Source: an uncultured Phycicoccus sp. (GTDB lineage Bacteria; Actinomycetota; Actinomycetes; Actinomycetales; Dermatophilaceae). Taken from it: a stretch of DNA of 64,000 bases. This document shows positions 58,693-64,000 of this stretch, piece after piece (the stretch's first letter is position 1; the number at the start of each line of letters is the position of its first letter). Both the position numbers and the translations under genes were made by a program. The DNA lies in assembly GCF_947495705.1 (NCBI RefSeq), contig NZ_CANLZR010000006.1, positions 87,664 to 151,663 of the forward strand. Reading direction: 5' to 3'. The notes under the pieces were generated by a model. It searched no databases. It had not been told where the DNA came from and was given only the letters and a program-made list of their open reading frames with translations.

Positions 58693-60175
58693 CGGCCCGC
58701 TTGCGGAGCAGGGCCAGGTACATCGCGTCGGTGCCGTGGACGTGCGGCCACAGCTGGACGGTGGGCCCGTCACCGAGGTTCGGCATCGGGGCCCCGGCGG
58801 CGTCGGTGAGGAAGGGGCGGGCGTCGACCAGCTCGACGTCGTCGCGCTTCTTCAGGACGTCGGTGACGACGAAGCGGGTCTCGGCGACGTGCGGGCTGCA
58901 CGTCGCATAGGCCACGACCCCGCCGGGAGCGACGGCGTCGAGCGCCGACGCCAGCAGGGAGCGCTGGAGCGGGCCGAGCGTGGCGAGGTCCGACGGCTGG
59001 CGCCGCCAGCGCGCCTCGGGCCGCCGCCGCAGCGCGCCCAGCCCGGTGCAGGGCGCGTCGACGAGCACCCGCGCATAGGCCTCGGGCTCGTCCTCCCCCA
59101 CCTCCCGGCCGTCGGCGGTGCGCACCTCGACGCGGCGACCGGCGGCCTCGGCCCGCTCGGAGACGAGCGCGAGCCCGGACCGGACGAGGTCGGCCCGGTG
59201 CGGGCTCACCTCGACGGCGGTGAGGTCGACCCCGGAGCGAACGGCGAGCGCGCCGAGCACGCCGGCCTTGCCGCCCGGCCCGGCACACAGGTCGAGCCAG
59301 CGGGCGGGCAGCCCGTCGGGCACGTCCACCGCGGCCAGTGCGAGGGCCAGGAGCTGGGAGCCCTCGTCCTGCACCGCGGCACGCCCGTCGCGGATTGCGG
59401 CGATCCGCCCGGGGTCGCCGCTGCGCAGGACGGCACCGATGGGCGAGGTGCGGCTCGGCTCGGCGTCCGCGGCGCTGGTGAGGTCCTCGACGGTGCTCAG
59501 GCCGGGGCGGGCGACGAGGTGCACGCGCGGGGGTTCGTTGTTCGCCGCGAGCAGGGCGACGAGCTCGGCGTCGACGGTCTCGGGGGTCGCGCGCCCGTGC
59601 CCGAGCAGTGAGGCGCGCAGGGCCGCGACGACCCACTCGGGGTGGGAGTGCCGGACGGCGAGGGCGTGGGCGCCACCGTCGGCCGGGGCGACGGCCTCGG
59701 TCCACTCCTCGAGGGTCCGCTCGCCGACCCGGCGGAGCACCGCGTTGACGAGGCCCGCTGCGCCCTGCCCGACGACCGTGCGCGCGAGCCCGACGGTCTG
59801 GTCGGCGGCGGCGTGGGCGGGCACCCGCATCCCGAGCAGCTGGTGGACCCCGAGCCGCAGCACGTCGAGGATGTTCGCGTCGATCTGCTCGGCCGGCCGG
59901 TCGGCGGCGACGGCGATGATCGCGTCGTAGAGGCCCTGCCAGCGGATGGTGCCGAACGCGAGCTCGGTGGCGAAGGCGGCGTCCCGGGCCTCGAGCCGGC
60001 GCGCCCGGATGACCTTGGGCATCTCGAGGTTCGCGTAGGCCCCCTCGGCGACGGCCCGCAGCAGCGTGTAGGCGGCGAACCGGGTGGGCTCGGCGGCGCG
60101 GGTGCGCTGCGCGGGGGTCGTGGCGGACCGGCGGCGGGGTCCGCCCCGGTGGGGGCGTGAAGGACGGTCGGGCAC
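58685..60175 (-). CDS. rsmB: 16S rRNA (cytosine967-C5)-methyltransferase
   Basis: 496-aa ORF. NusB-like N-terminus, SAM motif LDLCAGPGGKA, catalytic DAPCTGLGALRRRPE and YATCSPH. Confidence 0.93.
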   Translation of the reverse strand: MPDRPSRPHRGGPRRRSATTPAQRTRAAEPTRFAAYTLLRAVAEGAYANLEMPKVIRARRLEARDAAFATELAFGTIRWQGLYDAIIAVAADRPAEQIDANILDVLRLGVHQLLGMRVPAHAAADQTVGLARTVVGQGAAGLVNAVLRRVGERTLEEWTEAVAPADGGAHALAVRHSHPEWVVAALRASLLGHGRATPETVDAELVALLAANNEPPRVHLVARPGLSTVEDLTSAADAEPSRTSPIGAVLRSGDPGRIAAIRDGRAAVQDEGSQLLALALAAVDVPDGLPARWLDLCAGPGGKAGVLGALAVRSGVDLTAVEVSPHRADLVRSGLALVSERAEAAGRRVEVRTADGREVGEDEPEAYARVLVDAPCTGLGALRRRPEARWRRQPSDLATLGPLQRSLLASALDAVAPGGVVAYATCSPHVAETRFVVTDVLKKRDDVELVDARPFLTDAAGAPMPNLGDGPTVQLWPHVHGTDAMYLALLRKRADG

Positions 60176-60273
60176 CTGAGGAGGCTAGCCGGGCGAGGCA
60201 CGCAGCACCGAACGCCCGGGCGCGCCGACTGTCCCGGACACGGATCGTCCGGTTCCGGTCCTACCGTGGCCCC

Positions 60274-61107
60274 ATGAGCGACATCGACGGCGTCGACCTG
60301 TCCGGGCGCACGGTCCGCCGGGCGGCCCTGCGCGACGTGGACGCCCGCGAGGTGGACCTGTCCGGGGCGCGGGCCCAGGACGTCCTCGCCAGCGGGCTCA
60401 CCGTCCGCTCGGCCGACCTCAGCGGTTCCATCCTGCGGGACGTCCTCCTCGTCGACGTCCGCCTCCGCGGCTCGGCCCTCCAGCGCGTCGAGATCAGCGG
60501 CGAAATCGACGGCCTGACCGTCAACGGCATCGACGTCGGGCCGCTCGTCGAGGCCGAGCTCGACCGCCGGTTCCCCGACCACGCCGCGATGCGACCCACC
60601 GACGCCGCCGGGTTCCGGCACGCCTGGGACGTCCTAGAGGAGCTCTGGGCCGGCACGGTGGCCCGGGCCCGCCGGCTCGAGCCGCACCTCCTCCACGAGT
60701 CCGTCGACGGCGAGTGGTCCTTCGTGCAGACGCTCCGCCACCTCGCCTTCGCGACGGAGTCCTGGCTCGCCCGCGCGATCCTCGGGGACCCCCGCCCCTG
60801 GCACCCGCTCTCGCTGCCGTGGGACGAGGCACCGGACACTCCCGGCGTCCCCCGCGACCGGCAGGCCCGTCCCGACCTCGACACCGTCCTGGCCCTGCGG
60901 CACGACCGGCAGGCGATGGTGCGCCGCTACCTCGACGAGCTCACCGACGAGGGGCTCGCCGCCGCCACGGTGCCCGTCGAGGGGCCCGGCTGGCCGGAGC
61001 CGGTCTCGTTCCCGGTGCGCGAGTGTCTCCTCACGATCCTCAACGAGGAGTGGTGGCACCGCCGCTTCGCCGAGCGCGACCTCGACGCCCTCGAGTCCCG
61101 GGCCTGA
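60274..61107 (+). CDS. pentapeptide-repeat N-terminal domain fused to a DinB-family four-helix-bundle domain
   Basis: Internal ATG of ORF 60157..61107(+); 277 aa. The N-terminal roughly 90 aa are pentapeptide-like (VDLSGRTVRRAALRDVDAREVDLSGARAQDV...ADLSGSILRDVLLVDVRLRGSAL). The C-terminal part is DinB-like (WSFVQTLRHLAFATESWLARAI...ECLLTILNEEWWHRRFAERDL). Confidence 0.7.
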   Translation: MSDIDGVDLSGRTVRRAALRDVDAREVDLSGARAQDVLASGLTVRSADLSGSILRDVLLVDVRLRGSALQRVEISGEIDGLTVNGIDVGPLVEAELDRRFPDHAAMRPTDAAGFRHAWDVLEELWAGTVARARRLEPHLLHESVDGEWSFVQTLRHLAFATESWLARAILGDPRPWHPLSLPWDEAPDTPGVPRDRQARPDLDTVLALRHDRQAMVRRYLDELTDEGLAAATVPVEGPGWPEPVSFPVRECLLTILNEEWWHRRFAERDLDALESRA

Positions 61108-61110
61108 CCG

Positions 61111-62457
61111 TCAGTCCCCGGCCGGCTGCTGCCCGATGCCCAGCGGCTCCCGCGTCACCCGGTAGGTCGCCCAGCGCAGCGACTCGACCCGCCCGTCCGG
61201 GCCGCGCAGCACCCGCAAGGGCTCGTGCCGCTCGGCCCCGGACGTCGCGCGGAGCAGGTCCTCGCCGACCCGCTCGAAGCCCCAGGAGGCGCGCGCGGCA
61301 GGCCACGTCGGCGACCGCGCCTCGAGCACGCCCTGACGCACCGAGAAGTCCCACGGGCTCCCCTCGGAGTACCACCGACCGAGCAGCGGCCGCAGATCGG
61401 CGGGCACCTCGGTGCCCGGGCGCCACGGCGCCGGCTCGGCCGGGTCCCGGTCGAGGACGGTGTCGAGGAGCGCGGCCGCGAACGCCATCGGGTCCGGTGG
61501 CGTGGAGGAGTTCATGAGGACGATCACCGCCGTCCCGCAGGACCGGTCGGTGAACACCGCCGTGACATGCCCGGGCATGCCGCCGGTGTGCCCGGTGAGG
61601 ACCCGGCCGCCGGGCGTGCGCAGCAGGAAGAAGCCGAGGCCCATCCCCAGCTGCCAGCCGTCGGGGTCGATGAACGCCCGCGGCCGGGTCATCTCGGCCA
61701 TCGTCGCGGGGTCGAGGATGCCGGGGTCGGGGGCGGCGACGAAGGCGGTCCAGCGGGCGAGGTCCCCGGCGGTCGAGGCGAGGGCCCCGGCCGGCCCCGT
61801 CGCCCGAAGGTCGATGAGCGCCTCGGGGGCGGGCACGTCGTGCCACGGACCGACGAAGTAGCCGTGGGCGCGGGGCCCGTCGTCGAAGCCGACCGTGGTG
61901 CGGGCCATCGCCAGGGGGTCGAGCAGCCGGGCCCGCAGCGACTCGTCCCACGGGCGTCCGTCGAGCCGGGCCACGACCTGGCCGAGCAGGGCGAAGACGA
62001 GGTTGGAGTAGTGGAACTGGTCCCCGGGCCGGAGGACGCGCTCGGCCTGCTCGGCCTGCTCGAGCAGCGCCCGCGCGTCGGGGTGCTCGAGGGTCACCCA
62101 CACGTCCCCGACCGGCTCCCGCTGCATCCCGGACAGGTGCGAGAGCGCGTCGCGGACCGTGAGGTCGTGCGACAGCCCGGGCAGGTGGTCGGCGAGGAGG
62201 TCCTCCAGGTCGAGCCGGCCCTCGTCGCGCAGCTGCATGACCATCGTCGCGACGAAGGTCTTGGTGTTGGAGGCGATGAGGAACTGGTCGTCCCGCGCCG
62301 GGGCGCGCTCGGTGCCGACCTCGGCCGTCCCCACCCCGGCCTCCCACAGGACCTCGCCGTGGCGCAAGATGCTGGCGTGGATGCCGGGCACCCGTCCGTC
62401 GCGTTGACGCTCGAGCACGAGGCGTCGGAGCAGGGCGGCCGTCGAGTCGCGGATCAT
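61111..62457 (-). CDS. serine hydrolase (beta-lactamase/DD-peptidase family) with C-terminal extra domain
   Basis: 448-aa ORF. SxxK motif FLIASNTKTF, YxN motif FHYSNLVF and HTGG motif LTGHTGGMPG, plus a roughly 100-aa C-terminal domain. Confidence 0.85.
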   Translation of the reverse strand: MIRDSTAALLRRLVLERQRDGRVPGIHASILRHGEVLWEAGVGTAEVGTERAPARDDQFLIASNTKTFVATMVMQLRDEGRLDLEDLLADHLPGLSHDLTVRDALSHLSGMQREPVGDVWVTLEHPDARALLEQAEQAERVLRPGDQFHYSNLVFALLGQVVARLDGRPWDESLRARLLDPLAMARTTVGFDDGPRAHGYFVGPWHDVPAPEALIDLRATGPAGALASTAGDLARWTAFVAAPDPGILDPATMAEMTRPRAFIDPDGWQLGMGLGFFLLRTPGGRVLTGHTGGMPGHVTAVFTDRSCGTAVIVLMNSSTPPDPMAFAAALLDTVLDRDPAEPAPWRPGTEVPADLRPLLGRWYSEGSPWDFSVRQGVLEARSPTWPAARASWGFERVGEDLLRATSGAERHEPLRVLRGPDGRVESLRWATYRVTREPLGIGQQPAGD

Positions 62458-62492
62458 GCCCCGACGCTAGATCACCGCGCCGCCCGCACCGC

Positions 62493-62855
62493 TCAGCCGG
62501 TCAGCTCGTCGGGGGCGAAGCGCGGGACGAGGGCGGCGACGACCTCCGCGTGGCGGACGAGGAACGCCCGCTCGTCGAGCCGCTTGCGCCGCATCCACCC
62601 GGTCACCTCGGCGTTGCACTTGCTCGCGTTGCACGAGCGGCAGGCCGGGACCACGTTGGCGAGGGTGTACCGACCGCCGCGCGAGACCGGCAGCACGCAG
62701 TCGCGCTGGTACGGGCCGTCGTCGGCGCCGCAGTAGGCGCACCGCCCCCAGGCGTCGACGACCGCGGCCCACTGCGGGGCCGTGAGGTCCTGCACGGCGC
62801 CGGCGAGGCGTCGCTTCCGCCGTCGGGCGGCCCGCACCCGCCGGACACCTGTCAT
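62493..62855 (-). CDS. HNH-nuclease-like protein (variant lacking the first catalytic His)
   Basis: 120-aa ORF. Basic N-terminus, then CAYCG...QRDCVLPVSRGGRYTLANVVPACRSCNASKCN. The layout is that of HNH, but DH is replaced by DC. Confidence 0.8.
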   Translation of the reverse strand: MTGVRRVRAARRRKRRLAGAVQDLTAPQWAAVVDAWGRCAYCGADDGPYQRDCVLPVSRGGRYTLANVVPACRSCNASKCNAEVTGWMRRKRLDERAFLVRHAEVVAALVPRFAPDELTG

Positions 62856-62913
62856 GGCAGCGACGGTAGCCGCTGCGCCCGGGCCGGTCCGGGACGCGCC
62901 CGCTGACCGCGGG

Positions 62914-63852
62914 TCAGCCGAGCCGCTCCCCCGGTCCGATCCGGACCCCGCGGGCCCAGTCGGCGGCCGCCATCGGCTTCTTGCCGTGCGGTCGCACCTC
63001 GCCGAGCACCACCGGACCGGAGGCGGTGCCGACGAAGACGGCGCGCTTCGTCGGGTGGAGGTGCCCGGGCGCCAGGGCCGGACAGTCCGGCGGCGGTGCC
63101 GGGGCCGGGTCGACGGGGCCGACCTTGAGCCGCTCGTCGCGGAACACCGTCCAGGCCCCCGGGTGGGGGGTGCAGCCGCGGATGTGCCGGTCCACGACGT
63201 GCGAGGGCAGGCCCCAGCGGACCTCGGCCTCCTCCGTCGACAGCTTCGGGGCGTGGCTCACCCCGTCGGCGGGCTGCGGTACCGGGGACAGCGCGCCGTC
63301 CTCCAGGCCGTCCATCGTCGCGACGAGCAGGCCGGCGCCGACGTCGGCGAGCCGTCCCAGCAGGCTCCCGGCGGTGTCGTCGGGGCGCACCGTCTCGGTG
63401 ACGGCGCCGAGCACCGGCCCGGTGTCGAGCCCTTCGTCGATGACGAACGTGCTGGCCCCCGTCACCTCGTCGCCGGCCATGAGGGCGCGCTGCACGGGCG
63501 CCGCACCGCGCCAGGCGGGCAGCAGCGAGAAGTGCAGGTTGACCCAGCCGTGGACCGGCACCTCGAGGGCGACCGGCGGCAGGAGCGCCCCGTACGCGAC
63601 GACCGGGCAGCAGTCGGGTGCGATGGTGCGGAGGCGGTCGAGGAAGTCGGGATCGCGGGGTGTGCCCGGGGTGAGGACCTCGAGGCCGTGCTCGAGGGCC
63701 ACCTCCTTGACCGGCGAGGGCGCGAGCGCGCGGCCACGTCCGGAGCGCGCGTCGGGCCGGGTGACGACGGCCGCGACCTCGTGCCGCGACGCCAGGAGCG
63801 CACGCAGGGACGGGAGGGCGGTGGCGGGGGTTCCGGCGAGGACGAGACGCAC
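62914..63852 (-). CDS. fmt: methionyl-tRNA formyltransferase
   Basis: 312-aa ORF with motifs [25 protein letters not shown] and [19 protein letters not shown]. Confidence 0.96.
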   Translation of the reverse strand: MRLVLAGTPATALPSLRALLASRHEVAAVVTRPDARSGRGRALAPSPVKEVALEHGLEVLTPGTPRDPDFLDRLRTIAPDCCPVVAYGALLPPVALEVPVHGWVNLHFSLLPAWRGAAPVQRALMAGDEVTGASTFVIDEGLDTGPVLGAVTETVRPDDTAGSLLGRLADVGAGLLVATMDGLEDGALSPVPQPADGVSHAPKLSTEEAEVRWGLPSHVVDRHIRGCTPHPGAWTVFRDERLKVGPVDPAPAPPPDCPALAPGHLHPTKRAVFVGTASGPVVLGEVRPHGKKPMAAADWARGVRIGPGERLG

Positions 63853-63883
63853 CCGGCGAGTCTAGGAGGCGCCGCCGGGGTGG

Positions 63884-64000
63884 TCAGGACGCCGGGTCGC
63901 GCGGGTCGACCCGGACGGTGACGGGGTCCGGCTCCTTGCGGGCGGACGCGCGGGCGCGCAGCGCCGCGAGCTCGCGGGCGAGGGCCGGACCGTCCGAGAC
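63884..64000 (-). CDS. 3' end of an upstream minus-strand gene (identity not determinable; possibly priA)
   Basis: Reverse-strand reading gives ...VSDGPALARELAALRARASARKEPDPVTVRVDPRDPAS followed by a stop at 63884-63886. Only 38 codons are in the window. The priA guess rests on synteny alone. Confidence 0.4.
   Translation of the reverse strand, partial: VSDGPALARELAALRARASARKEPDPVTVRVDPRDPAS

Noticed and set aside
62493-62855. HNH gene as evidence of a mobile element, homing endonuclease or defence island
   Set aside because: It has no intein or intron context, no flanking repeats, and no integrase, transposase or other defence-type neighbours. It is co-oriented and closely spaced with fmt and the hydrolase.

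Overview
GC-rich actinobacterial chromosomal segment (well above 70% G+C by eye, not computed). It is almost entirely coding and most genes are on the minus strand. ORF-track starts include GTG/TTG, so many tracked ORFs are 5'-extended; I re-set starts by counting residues from the track. Gene order matches the conserved actinobacterial/mycobacterial core. The order below runs from the high-coordinate end of the window down to the low end.

- fmt, rsmB, rpe.
- An FMN riboswitch followed by ribD-ribE-ribBA-ribH.
- hisE-hisG.
- hisF-hisI-trpE-trpC-trpB-trpA-lgt.
- gltBD, pyk, tRNA-Leu(CAA), pdtaR.
- polA and rpsA.
- A UgpAEBC-ordered ABC importer at the left edge.

Many neighbouring genes are translationally coupled by ATGA/GTGA 4-nt overlaps. 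I found no CRISPR array, rRNA, transposase, integrase or prophage genes.

Parts that are not ordinary housekeeping:

1. A contiguous envelope-glycan locus at 7.5-19.8 kb. It is built around a 1436-aa AftD-type GT-C enzyme, with two further polytopic proteins, an acyltransferase-3, a methyltransferase, a GT4, a small TM protein and a MOP flippase. It includes a 291-nt tail-to-tail coding overlap.
2. A roughly 3.7-kb insertion between rpe and the rib riboswitch. It encodes a CelD/FemAB-like GNAT fused to a degenerate PIG-L-like domain, a small GNAT, an intact PIG-L deacetylase and a pentapeptide-repeat protein.
3. A roughly 2.6-kb insertion between fmt and rsmB. It encodes an HNH-like protein whose catalytic His is replaced by Cys, a serine hydrolase and a pentapeptide-DinB fusion.
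4. Four 11-bp phased direct repeats upstream of a Tat-exported DUF1800/DUF1501 pair.
5. A tRNA-Leu whose 3' end lies 1 nt from the pdtaR start codon.
6. A MauE/DoxX-like protein plus a DsbA-like protein wedged between trpA and lgt.
7. A PnuC-family transporter as the last gene of the riboswitch-controlled rib operon.
8. A 68-nt imperfect inverted repeat between the rib and hisEG units.

All family assignments come from motif recognition by eye. No database search was run.
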